From NCBI GenBank assembly GCA_963845755.1, contig CAWJTV010000042.1, forward strand, positions 160,001 to 224,000: a DNA stretch of 64,000 bases, in the 5' to 3' direction. Positions 33,889 to 43,750 of this stretch are shown here, one piece after another. Made by a program: the position numbers and the translations under genes. Position 1 is the stretch's first letter; each line of letters begins with the position of its first letter. The notes beneath the pieces were generated by a model. That model saw nothing but the letters and a program-made list of their open reading frames with translations. It ran no database searches and was not told the DNA's origin. Source of the stretch: an uncultured Planctomycetota bacterium. Its GTDB lineage: Bacteria > Planctomycetota > Planctomycetia > Isosphaerales > Isosphaeraceae.

Positions 33889-34058
33889 GATACGTTCATC
33901 ATTATCAACATACAGGGGCAGCCATTCCTCCGTCGCCTGAACGCGACGGTATCCTGGCTGGGAATTTATGATCCTGTCCACTGTCGGCACGGCGCGTTAC
34001 CCTGATATTGGGTGAAGCCGCTGGGTTCGGGAAAATCTCGACGGCGGCCGAGACCGTG

Positions 34059-34643
34059 ATGAGACAGGCATTGAGGACCATGATCATGGCTAACATCAAC
34101 AGGGTTGCCGCGGCCGGGTTCTTCATCGGCGCACTGACCTGTTTGGCCACCGGCCTGATTGCCTCGGGGCCGCTTGTTGCCGAGGAACCTGTCAAAGACC
34201 CGGTGAAGCTTTCCGGGGATGTCAAAGCCGGGACGCGGCTCAACCGGGGAGATAGTCTGTTCTCCCCGATGTGTGGCTTCCGGCTCCAGATGCAAGAGGA
34301 TGGAAACCTCGTTCTCAGCCCCCTCGATGATACGCAGATGCCCGATGCGCAGAGTGTCCTGGCCCACATTCCGCAAGCGTTGAGTTGCTACCACACTCCC
34401 ATCTGGTCGACCGTCACGAATATTCCCAGGGCAGGCGTTGGGTCGGGCTTGTATTGCGAGATGCAGGACGACGGCAACTTCGTGATGTACGACGAGGACT
34501 GGCGCCCCTGCTTCAGCACAGGTTCAAATGGTCATCCCGGCGCGTTCCTCCGATTGCAAAATGATGGGAACCTGGTCATCTATTCGGCCGACCTGAAGGT
34601 CCTCTGGACCTCACATACCGAGGCCAGGGCGCCCGGGCAGTAG
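34059..34643 (+). CDS. Secreted bulb-type (B-type) lectin domain protein
   Basis: Three QxDxNxVxY-like motifs: QEDGNLVL, QDDGNFVMY, QNDGNLVIY. Confidence 0.85.
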   Translation: MRQALRTMIMANINRVAAAGFFIGALTCLATGLIASGPLVAEEPVKDPVKLSGDVKAGTRLNRGDSLFSPMCGFRLQMQEDGNLVLSPLDDTQMPDAQSVLAHIPQALSCYHTPIWSTVTNIPRAGVGSGLYCEMQDDGNFVMYDEDWRPCFSTGSNGHPGAFLRLQNDGNLVIYSADLKVLWTSHTEARAPGQ

Positions 34644-34737
34644 CACCAATCGCCGGTGGATTCGACGACTTCGGGCCAGGGATGACGGTTCCGTCGCTGC
34701 GATCAGACTGGCTTCAACTCTTTCCGGTGTCTCATCA

Positions 34738-35490
34738 ATGAGCGATTTCTACGACCGGATGGCTCGGCTTTATCATCTGATCTTCCCGGACTGGGATGAG
34801 AGCATCGAGCGTCAGGCCGAACAGCTCACGGGGATCATCCGGGAGCGCTCGGGCGCCGGCTGCCGTTCGGTCCTCGATGTCTCGTGCGGGATCGCCACCC
34901 AGGCCATCGGCCTGGCGAAGCGCGGGTTTGCCGTCACGGCGTCGGATTTGTCGGAGAACGCGCTTGCCAGGGCGAAGGTTGAATCGCAGCGCCGCGGTGT
35001 CGCGATCGATTTCTCGATCTGCGACATGAGGTCGGCCCATGCTCACCACCGCAGGCAATTCGACGTCGTGCTCTCGGCCGATAATTCGATCACTCACCTC
35101 CTAAACGACGATGAGCTGTTGCTCGCCCTCCGGCAGTTTTTCGACTGCACGCGCCCCGGCGGGGGCTGTCTCCTGACCGTCCGGGACTACGACCGCGAAG
35201 AGCGAGGGACCGGACTGATCAAGCCGTACGGCGTCCGCGAGGAGGGGGGCAATCGCTATGTCATCTTCCAGGTCTGGGACTTCGTCGGTTCGATCTACGA
35301 TATGGCGATGTACTTCGTGGTCGATGACCGGACCTCCGACCCGATCGCAACCCACGTGATGCGGACGCAATTCAATGCAGTCGGCACCGACCACTTGCTG
35401 GCCTTGATGCGTCAGGCCGGTTTTACCGCGACCGAGCGTCTCGACGGGCGATTCTACCAGCCCGTCCTGGTGGGCACCCGTGAGGCGTGA
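34738..35490 (+). CDS. Class I SAM-dependent methyltransferase
   Basis: VLDVSCGIATQ, ASDLS, CDMR, FDVVL, TRPGG. Confidence 0.88.
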   Translation: MSDFYDRMARLYHLIFPDWDESIERQAEQLTGIIRERSGAGCRSVLDVSCGIATQAIGLAKRGFAVTASDLSENALARAKVESQRRGVAIDFSICDMRSAHAHHRRQFDVVLSADNSITHLLNDDELLLALRQFFDCTRPGGGCLLTVRDYDREERGTGLIKPYGVREEGGNRYVIFQVWDFVGSIYDMAMYFVVDDRTSDPIATHVMRTQFNAVGTDHLLALMRQAGFTATERLDGRFYQPVLVGTREA

Positions 35491-35520
35491 GCAGGTTCGT
35501 GGTCGTCGAACGCGTCTCGG

Positions 35521-37762
35521 TCATTGTCCCGGCAAGATGAGCTTGGATCGCTCCTGTCCCGGGTCGGACGCGGCCTCGGAGCCGGGCGTCCAGATCGTCG
35601 AGCCGCCTCGTGCGGCCTCGGGAGTCCAGAGTCCGCCCGCCGCGGGGGCGGCGCCGAGGTCTCCGGCGGCGGTGGTGACCCGCGGGCCGTACTCGGTCAA
35701 CAAGTGGTCGAGGATCCGCGTGTCCAGAACAATCTTGTCGGGTTGTTTCGGGTCGGGCACGACGCTCACTAGACCGAACTCGGCGAGTCGGAGCAGCACC
35801 GCGGAGAGGGCTTCGCGGTTGCCGCGATAGCGTTGGAGGATGGCTGCGAGGACGGGGACCCAGACCTCCGGATCGTCGAAGACGAACTGGACCTGGAGGT
35901 CGATCAGCTCCCAGAGCAGCGCGCGTTGGGCGAGATCTTATGCGACGGCTCGGACTCGCGACCGCGGCGGATCCAACCCTGGGCCTCGGCTCGGTCGCCC
36001 CGCCGGGCCGCATCGTGTGCCAGGTCGCCGTAGAGGGTCGTCAGCGGGATTCGGCTCTTCATGGGGAGGGAGGGTCGCTGAGCGATCGCGCGACCGGCCC
36101 CATTCATCACCGTGCGCATACCCCAGACTCGGGACAAATAGTAGAGGTGCAGCAGCCCCTCGTCGTCGAGCTCCGCAGTCGGGATCAGCGACCAGCGCGA
36201 CATGTGGACCCGATCGAGGTCCAGGCCCTGGACCGCCACAGCCGGTTCGGGTTTGACCCCCAGCCGCGCGCGGAACTGGCTCCAGTCGAGCAGCTCGGAG
36301 GAATCCTCCTCGGACGTTTCCAGGAGACGAACCGCGGCGCGGAGTGCTGTCTCGGAATCGCCGGCCTTGGCCGCCTGAAGGGGCGTCCGGCCGCGGAGTG
36401 CCGGATGGGCGCCTGCGGCCAGATCTCGCTGATGATGTGCGATTTCTGATCGCGGGTGATCCGCTCGACGTCGTCCTCCGGGAGGCCCGTGGGCAATCTC
36501 CACTGCCAGCTCATGGCCAGGAGATGCCGCGAGACTTTCTCGATGATCTTGGTCCGGGGATGGGCCGGGGGGATGTTCGCCCGCGCCGCGGCCGTGAACC
36601 GATCGCTGAGCCGGTCGAGCCGGCCGTCGTCGTAGGTCTCCAGCACGACGGTGTCCCGGCCGACGATCACGTCGCCTTCGACCGTCGGGATGTCCCGTCG
36701 GGTGAGCCCCGGCCGCGCCTCGATCCGGGGCCGGTCGAGCAGGTGGAACCGCTCGGTCGGCGCGGCCTCGGGATCGCTGGGATCCAGGGGCCGATTCGGT
36801 CCGGCTTCGAAGGCCGGGTCGGCCCGGAGGGCCTCCAGCAGCCCTTCCCGGTTGCGGATCGCCCAGCTCAAGCGAACGAACTCTACGGGATCGGCGATCG
36901 TGCTGGGACCGATCCGCTGGCAAAGGGCCTCGAGGTCGACCGCCTCGACGGTCGGCCCCGTCTTCGTGATGAAGCGGCGCAGGGCCGCGACGGCGGCGGC
37001 ATTGTCGGCGATCCACAGGCAGCAGATGCCGCGATTCCGCTCGGCGATCGCGCCGGCCGACGAGGCGGCGGCCAGCAGCTCGAACGCCGACGCCGCCGAC
37101 GCCCAGAGGCCCTCGTCCGCCCAGCCCATCGCCCGCTCGAACGACTCGCGGAACGCGTCGGTCACCCCCTCAGGCGGCGGCCAGACATCATAGGCGTTCT
37201 TCTCCCAGACGGAGAACCCCGCGTTCGTTCGCAGAGCCTGGATCACCCGCGCGGTCGAATCGTCGATGGTGCCGCCCCACTGCTGCGTCAGCTCCAGGTG
37301 CCGGAAGCCGGCGATCGGCAACCCGGACCGACACAGCGTGATGCCCAGCATGGTGGCCATCGGCGCCAGTTGACGCCGCTTCTCCGGCGCCATGGCCGAG
37401 ATCCCTTGCTGAAACTGGGCGACGGCCGCCACGATGCCCTCGGTCTCCAGCACCAGCCGCGTCATCAGGATCGTCCCGCCCAGGTGGCCGGGGTCCTTCT
37501 TGAGCAGGGCCTGCAGGCTCTGCTTGGCCGGCTCCGCCCGCTCGAGCTGGATCTCGATCAGGGCTTTGCGCGTCAGCAGCCAGGGATTGTCGGGGAACTT
37601 GGCCAGACCCTCGCCCAGGGGTTTCAGTGCCGACTCATGCTGGCCGCTCTCCACCATCCGCTGCGCGCGCTCGGCGTAGGATTCGACCTTCTGGCAGCAA
37701 AATTTGAACTTCTCACCACTCCCGCACGGGCAGGACGCATAGGGGTTAACCGACGCCATCAT
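35521..37762 (-). CDS. SEC-C motif / TPR-like protein; frameshifts near 36400 and 35920
   Basis: CPCGSGEKFKFCC N-terminus, helical repeats; continues in ORFs 35904 and 35521 to end KLILPGQ. Confidence 0.75.
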
Positions 37763-38043
37763 CAGCCTCTCTCATCGAAAAAATCGCGCCAGGGACGGGG
37801 ATCCGGCAAGGGGCGTCGAGGGACATCCTCGACCACCGGCCACCCCGCCCGAGTCCGTATCACCGAGGATCGCGGAGCAAGCGGGGGCGTCCGACATCCT
37901 TGACGATGCAAGAGCCCGCGCACGCCTTCTCTCTTGATGGTATCCTGTGTCGGGGCCGATGGGGAGTCCCGTTCGGCACGGGTTGCCGCCCGGAGGCTCC
38001 CGAGTTTGGAAGCACGGACGATTCGTCGAGGAGAGAAGCCGTC

Positions 38044-38946
38044 ATGATCGCGAACGACGGACGGGGCCAAACCCCCGAGATTCGACGCCCTATCCCGCGG
38101 CATCGGGGATCGCGGATCCCGGCCGGGCGGCGGTGTCTCCGCGCCGGGGTCGTCTGGCTGGCGGTCCTCGCCCTGATCGGGGGCTCCCCGCGACCGGCCC
38201 GAGCCTGGGGACGGCTGGGTCATCGGGCATCGGCCCGGCTCGCCGAGTCGCGCCTCTCGCCCCGCGCGCGGGCGATCATCCAGGAGCTGCTCGAGCCGGA
38301 TGAATCGCTGGCCGATGCCTCAACCTGGGCCGACGAGCACAGCCGCGAGATCCCCGGCAGCGCCTCGTGGCACTACGTCAACGTGCCGATCGCGTCCGCC
38401 CGATATGACCCCGGCGACTGCAGGGGTCGACGATGCGTCGTCGCCAAGATCGCGGAATTCCGGGAGATCCTCGCCGATCGTCGTGCCCCCCGCGCCCGTC
38501 GGCGCCAGGCCCTGCGATTCTTCGTCCACCTGGTCCAGGACCTGCACCAGCCGATGCACGTCGCCGACCGGGGCGACCGCGGCGGCAACAGCCTCCAGCT
38601 CCGGTCCGGCCGCTACGAGAACACCAACCTGCACCAGCTCTGGGATTCCGGGCTGCTGCGGTCGCGCTATCGCGCGCGCGACGAGCCCGAGCTGGTCGCC
38701 GACCTGAAGGTGCTGGCCGATCGGCCCGAATCGCGCGGCTGGGCGCACGGAGGGCTCGAAGACTGGGCCGATGAGAGCCTCGCACTGGGCCGCCGTGCCT
38801 ATCGCGTCCCGGGTACCGATCGGACCCTGCGCAACGGCGACGAGATCGGCCGCGCCTACGAAGAGGCCAATCTCCCGGCGGCCCTCGATCGTCTCGCCCA
38901 GTCGGGCGTCCGGCTCGCCACACTGCTCAACGAGATCCTCCATTGA
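38044..38946 (+). CDS. S1/P1 nuclease
   Basis: AWGRLGH, WAD, WHYVN, HLVQDLHQPMH, NLHQLWD. Confidence 0.92.
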   Translation: MIANDGRGQTPEIRRPIPRHRGSRIPAGRRCLRAGVVWLAVLALIGGSPRPARAWGRLGHRASARLAESRLSPRARAIIQELLEPDESLADASTWADEHSREIPGSASWHYVNVPIASARYDPGDCRGRRCVVAKIAEFREILADRRAPRARRRQALRFFVHLVQDLHQPMHVADRGDRGGNSLQLRSGRYENTNLHQLWDSGLLRSRYRARDEPELVADLKVLADRPESRGWAHGGLEDWADESLALGRRAYRVPGTDRTLRNGDEIGRAYEEANLPAALDRLAQSGVRLATLLNEILH

Positions 38947-39022
38947 GACGGATGGACCTGGGCGACGGCCGAGAGATCCGAAGCCGAGGGTCCAGCCAGC
39001 AGGATTCCCCGACCGAAGCTCA

Positions 39023-39217
39023 TCACGACGCCTTCGGTTTCTTCCGTGAGGAGCCTTTCGGCTTGGCCGACTTCTCCAGTTTCCCCTTCGTGGGACCCGA
39101 CTCCCCGGCCTGGTCTTCCGGCTGCTCCGACTCCTCGACACCATGTTCGAGAGGGCGCTCGCCAAAAATCTTGTCGAAGTTCGGGAAACCGTAGCGGCGT
39201 ACAATAGGTCCACTCAT
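39023..39217 (-). CDS. Small basic protein (MSGPIVRRYGFPNFDKIFG...), integration target whose 5' end is supplied by the island
   Basis: AGGA RBS; the same N-terminal peptide is encoded again at 40712-40754. Confidence 0.65.
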   Translation of the reverse strand: MSGPIVRRYGFPNFDKIFGERPLEHGVEESEQPEDQAGESGPTKGKLEKSAKPKGSSRKKPKAS

Positions 39218-39242
39218 GATCATATTTCCTATTGGCAGAACC

Positions 39243-39965
39243 TCAGGTCGATTGTGCTTCTGGCTCAGGGTCGTCGGGCTCTAGATCCAAGACCTCCTGA
39301 TAAGGTCGGGGATCTTCACCGCCGGCCGGTAGTGGGCCCTCCGCCCGGCACAGCCCTCTTGTAAGCTGGTAGAGATCAAAATCATATCTCTTGCAAATGC
39401 CCCACCAGTCGCGGAAGATGAACGCACTCAGGGAGCGGTTCACACCGCAACACGCCTCGACGGGTGCTCTTCCGAGACAATCGTCGAGTTCCTCCATGCA
39501 GGCAATCTTGGGCAGATCGAAAAACCGGAAGCAATCGAACTTGCCCTTGTAATAATTACGATTGCCGTGCTCCTTAAAGAGCCGTTGGTTCTGAAAAATC
39601 CTCCCCCGATTCTCCCCTCTCCATTCCCATCTGCGGACTTCTGAATCCACCATCTGGAAGAAATGTGGATCGACTATCGCTAAGTCGAGATCCGATGAGG
39701 GACCGTATTCCATCCAGACCTTCGCCGCCTTCGGTGCAATGCTGAATCCGATCTTCGTGCTCCCCTTGAAAAAAAGGCAGTTCGGATGGATGCCTATACA
39801 ATCGGAAATATGGTGCAGCAAATCATGATGCAAGGAATGGGTTTGGATGGCGCGGGGGGTCCCTGGAATCAGGATCGAGTTGATAAGCTTATTCTTGTCT
39901 GTGAGGGCTAGTTCATGGACCTCTCTGGGACTAACGATGATGTGCCCTTGGGCATCGAAATGCAC
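39243..39965 (-). CDS. Pol-beta superfamily nucleotidyltransferase-like protein
   Basis: FKGSTKIGFS...SDLDLAIVD (GS...DxD); GTG start at 39965 with a GGAGG RBS, 4 nt after the upstream stop. Confidence 0.7.
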   Translation of the reverse strand: MHFDAQGHIIVSPREVHELALTDKNKLINSILIPGTPRAIQTHSLHHDLLHHISDCIGIHPNCLFFKGSTKIGFSIAPKAAKVWMEYGPSSDLDLAIVDPHFFQMVDSEVRRWEWRGENRGRIFQNQRLFKEHGNRNYYKGKFDCFRFFDLPKIACMEELDDCLGRAPVEACCGVNRSLSAFIFRDWWGICKRYDFDLYQLTRGLCRAEGPLPAGGEDPRPYQEVLDLEPDDPEPEAQST

Positions 39966-39969
39966 GGGA

Positions 39970-40494
39970 TCAACCCTCCGCACGCTCGACGACAACCAAC
40001 GGCTGATTGTAATGCCCCTTCGAGTCAAAAAGCGGATCGGTCATCCGGAGACGTACTCGACGATCACATACTGGGCATCTGAACATATCGCCGCTCATAG
40101 GAATGTAGTCTTGCCGGGCGATCTCTTGGTGGCAATAAGGACAGGCCGAGATATCTCTGAATCTGCAAGTCGGACAGATAGTGGGCAATACCGGCCCTGC
40201 GATATGTCCACAGTTGGTGCACTCTGGTCCCGAACCTTCCGTCACGATCGACACACCAGCCCGAGGAGCATACCCGAAGGCGTCGATGACCTTCTGAACT
40301 TCATCGGGGTAATTTGTGGCGAACTCAAAATACGCATTGCGATCCGAATCTCTGTGTGTCCCGTGTGTAGGACTGTCAGGGACAATCTCGACGGGCGAGC
40401 GGGCCCAAAGGTCGCGCCGCACTCGCGCGGCGATGCGTAGATCATCGGCAGAATCGGTGGGGTTGTGCTTGATGGTGATTCGGACTTTTGTCAT
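39970..40494 (-). CDS. Double zinc-ribbon protein
   Basis: Four CxxC pairs (CTNC, CPTC, CPYC, CPVC) after an ~85-aa N-terminal domain; GGAG RBS; TATAAT at 40535-40530. Confidence 0.75.
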   Translation of the reverse strand: MTKVRITIKHNPTDSADDLRIAARVRRDLWARSPVEIVPDSPTHGTHRDSDRNAYFEFATNYPDEVQKVIDAFGYAPRAGVSIVTEGSGPECTNCGHIAGPVLPTICPTCRFRDISACPYCHQEIARQDYIPMSGDMFRCPVCDRRVRLRMTDPLFDSKGHYNQPLVVVERAEG

Positions 40495-41002
40495 GGCGGT
40501 CTCCGGAGCATGGCGAGATCCATGATTCGATTATAACGACTCTGATCGGGCCAACAGAAGGCGCCTCGGAACCCGATCAATCTGGGTCCGACCCGGAGCA
40601 GTGCCGAATCCGAAATCGCTCATACGATGGACGTCGGGCAAGGGCGAGGGGCGCTTCTGGTAAACCCCTTCTGGGTTTCAGGTTAAGAATTCGGGGCAGT
40701 TCTTGGATTTTGAAAGTTCGGGAAACCATACTTACGAACGATCGGACCTGACAATTCGCACCTCCGTTTCCGAGAGATCCGGGCAATCAACAACTGGCCA
40801 AGCGGATTCGATGAATCACGCAAGGTTCGCCGGAGAGTCGGAATCGAACTCGTCGTGCACCGGTTCTCGGCGTCCCTCCTCTGTGGTCTTGCCTCGTTCA
40901 TGATAAACGAAAGGCTGAGCGTCGGGCGACTGGTGCGAAGAACCAGTTGGCGCGGTATCCTTGAGAGATGACGGACATTCACCAACTTCGGGGGCATCCC
41001 CA

Positions 41003-41299
41003 ATGAAAGGCAAGGATACGGGAGAGTCGGGTGGGCGTGAGTCATCCGGGATGCTCGGTTGGGCGTTCAGCGTCTTTGGATACGTCACTTTCGCCGCATT
41101 CGTGTGGTTCGCCGCATGTGTGTGTATCTTGCCCGTCTTTGCGGTGATGAAGTTCGTGGAATCCCTGGGGAATGCCTTCGATGGTCTCTCGTGGGGGTTC
41201 CTCGGGATTGTCTGGTCGATCAGGATCATGCTCTCCTACGCGTGGAACGAGTTCGAATGGCTGCTGCTCGAGCTTCTGGGCTGGCTCCTGTTCGGCTGA
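41003..41299 (+). CDS. Small membrane protein
   Basis: Strongly hydrophobic 98-aa ORF. Confidence 0.5.
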   Translation: MKGKDTGESGGRESSGMLGWAFSVFGYVTFAAFVWFAACVCILPVFAVMKFVESLGNAFDGLSWGFLGIVWSIRIMLSYAWNEFEWLLLELLGWLLFG

Positions 41300-41491
41300 C
41301 TCCTGCGAAACGCCAGGAGAGACGAGCCCTCGGGCCGAGCCGTCTTGACGGGTCACTCTTCGGTCGATGCAAGATCGGGCCGATCGTGGACGCGGGGAAG
41401 TCGCAGTGCAGCCGGCGGGGCCGCAACCACGGATCTCTCGGTGAGCCGGATCGCGGCCTTGGCCGGGGGTCGGTCGCAGGGGAGCAGACGC

Positions 41492-42445
41492 ATGGCGAAA
41501 CTCGGCTATGAAGACAGCTTGACCGGAAACATGATCGGCAAGGGTGAGGCAACCACGCAACTCAAGGACATCGTCAAGGCGCTGCCGCTCCGGGTCCTCT
41601 CGGAGGCCGACTGGCACCACTGGACGACCCGGGGTTACGTGATCGTCAAGGATGCTGTGCCGCCGGAGAACCTGCGCCGATCGGTCGAACTCCTCTGGGA
41701 GTTCCAGGAGATGGATCCGAACGATCCGTTGACCTGGTTCAAGCCTCAGCTCCGCGAGAACGAGATGAAGGAGCTCAATAATAGCGGCATGGTGGAGATC
41801 TACAATCACCAGTACCTCTGGGATAATCGACAGGCTCCGCGCGTCTATGACGCGTTCGTCAACATCTGGGATCGCGAGGATCTCTGGGTCAAGATCGATC
41901 GCGCGAACCTCAACCCGCCGAACCGGGGGATCCGCCAGTTCTCGGGATTCATCCACTGCGATGTCGATACCTCGCTGGTCCCGATGCCGGTGAATGTTCA
42001 GGGCGTCTTGTCGCTGGTGGATACCGATCCCGATATGGGCGGATTCCAGTGTGTCCCCGAGCTGTTCCGGACGCTCGAGGACTGGATCCCGACGCAGCCC
42101 GCGGATCGAGATCCCTGGGCGCCCGACCCGGCCGGATTCGAGATCGTCGATGTCTCCACCCGGGCGGGCGACTTGTTGATCTTCAACAGCCTGCTGCCTC
42201 ACGGCATCCGCCCCAACCGATCTCCGGACCGTGTGCGCATCGCTCAATACATCGCCATGCGGCCGGCCGAGGAAGCGAACGGGGAGCTCCGCGAATGGCG
42301 CATCCGCTCGTGGCGCGACCGCGAGCCACCCCAGGGCTACGCGTTCCCGGGCGATCCGCGCAACTGGGAGAAGACGCGATACCCACGCGCCCAGCTGACG
42401 ACGCTCGGCGAGAAGCTGCTCGGCTCCCGGGGCTGGGCCGAATGA
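41492..42445 (+). CDS. Phytanoyl-CoA dioxygenase (PhyH) family protein
   Basis: GYVIVKDAV, HCD (HxD), AGDLLIFNSLLPHG. Confidence 0.88.
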   Translation: MAKLGYEDSLTGNMIGKGEATTQLKDIVKALPLRVLSEADWHHWTTRGYVIVKDAVPPENLRRSVELLWEFQEMDPNDPLTWFKPQLRENEMKELNNSGMVEIYNHQYLWDNRQAPRVYDAFVNIWDREDLWVKIDRANLNPPNRGIRQFSGFIHCDVDTSLVPMPVNVQGVLSLVDTDPDMGGFQCVPELFRTLEDWIPTQPADRDPWAPDPAGFEIVDVSTRAGDLLIFNSLLPHGIRPNRSPDRVRIAQYIAMRPAEEANGELREWRIRSWRDREPPQGYAFPGDPRNWEKTRYPRAQLTTLGEKLLGSRGWAE

Positions 42446-42452
42446 GGCCGAC

Positions 42453-42743
42453 TCAGGTGCGCGTTCCGGCCGAATCCATCGGCGATCGTTCCCCGTACTT
42501 CAGGCCGGACAACGCCACTGCGAAGACGACGACCGAGCCAACGATCAAGCCGGCGATGAGTCCCTGGGTGATGCCGAGTCCCACGCCGACCTGGACGGGG
42601 TCGAACTCGGGCCCGTGGCCCGCGAAGACCGCGCGATAATATCCGGGCATGACCTGACCCAGGGTCGATCCGATCAAACCTCCGGCGATCGCGAAACCGA
42701 ACGCACTGGCGATGATGATCGTGAAGCCCCGCGTGACGGTCAT
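42453..42743 (-). CDS. Small two-TM membrane protein
   Basis: Two Gly-rich hydrophobic helices; GGAG RBS. Confidence 0.6.
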   Translation of the reverse strand: MTVTRGFTIIIASAFGFAIAGGLIGSTLGQVMPGYYRAVFAGHGPEFDPVQVGVGLGITQGLIAGLIVGSVVVFAVALSGLKYGERSPMDSAGTRT

Positions 42744-43108
42744 GACATGACTCCGTCGAGCGTTTCCCAACGGCCCGTCAGCCTGAAATCGCCGAGGAGC
42801 CGCTTCTCTCGGGTCGCCTACGCTTCGTTCTCCAGGTGCTGCCGGATTCGCGCGGCGAGCGATTCGGTCATCGGCAACAGTCCCTCGGGGTCGTCCGCAT
42901 GGAGCGCGGTGAGCCGGCCGTCCAGGAACCGGAGCAGGTCGCGGACGACCTCAACGTTACCCAGCCGAAGTTGATACCGGGCGAAGGATTCGGCGCAGGT
43001 ACCCCGGCCGCTCGGGCCGCAAGCTTTCCCATAGAGGATCTGTCCCTTGCGAGCGAGCTGGCGCGACGCTCCGGCGATCGCTCCGAGTCCGTGCGATTCA
43101 TGACCGAC

Positions 43109-43333
43109 TCACGACTCGTCCGAGGAGGGGCCGATCACGTCGCCGAAGAACTCCTCGTCGCTGGCCCCGTCTTCGGCATCGACCTTCTCGATCGTCGCCT
43201 GGATCTCCTCGGGGGTGCAGATCCCCTTAACGGTTAGCAGGCGATAGAGGGTCGCGATATGGAGCCTGAGCCCGTAGATTTGACGCTCGAGATCGTCGAT
43301 CTCGTCCGAGTCAACATCGTTCTCATCGGCCAT
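43109..43333 (-). CDS. Small acidic hypothetical protein
   Basis: Purine-rich RBS before MADENDVD; LYRLLTVKGICTPEEI. Confidence 0.55.
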   Translation of the reverse strand: MADENDVDSDEIDDLERQIYGLRLHIATLYRLLTVKGICTPEEIQATIEKVDAEDGASDEEFFGDVIGPSSDES

Positions 43334-43612
43334 GGTCGTATTTCCCTTTTCTGAAAACATCGAAGCTCGCCACCGCCGCATCAATCGGCGTTTCTCGACC
43401 GTCTGGAGGATCCTCGCGGCGCGCTCGGCGTCAGCCGCAGGCACCTGGAGCCGGATCCAGCCCAGGGCAGTGCCGAGGAGCCAGTTCATGTCGACGATCT
43501 CGGCATCGGCCAGGAACGCCGGGATCCCCTCCGCTTCGAGGCGCAACCGGGCCGCTTCCGCGGCGGTGCGAAACGGGTATTGCGCAACGGTCACAGGCTC
43601 GCTCTCGGTCAT
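43334..43612 (-). CDS. DUF2007 (putative signal-transducing) protein; in frame with the downstream ORF in this assembly
   Basis: AEAARLRLEAEGIPAFLADAE...IRLQVPAADAERAARIL. Confidence 0.7.
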
Positions 43613-43750
43613 GAGAGTCCCTCCCGCGCTCCCGGCCCCAGCGACCCAGTTCGCTGGGCCGGTGTGCCGAACATCAGCAAAGATTGTACCAGGTTCTCCG
43701 TGGTGAGGAGTTCATCCGACTCCGCACTTCCGCCGAACGCGGCATCGTGC

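Larger units (their letters stand above)
33583..33967 (-). mobile_element. Non-autonomous IS200/IS605-family element (no transposase or nuclease ORF)
   Basis: Left-end hairpin CAGCCAGGATACCGTCGC-GTTCAG-GCGACGGAGGAATGGCTG (33960-33919) preceded by TCAT; right end ACAAGCCGCCTGC-TTCA-GCGGGCGGTACCTGAC; no target duplication. Confidence 0.7.
39177..40727. mobile_element. Integrase-less two-gene genomic islet
   Basis: 14-bp direct repeat AAGTTCGGGAAACC at 39177-39190 and 40714-40727; interior is visibly AT-richer than the flanks. Confidence 0.75.

Noticed and set aside
33678..33911. 77-aa ORF inside the IS605-like element as a tnpB remnant
   Set aside because: It has no RuvC or Zn-finger motifs and overlaps the promoter and RNA helices.
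42818..43101. Possible small frameshifted gene (...LRFLDGRLTALHADDPEGLLP...)
   Set aside because: The start and frame could not be established and no family was recognised.
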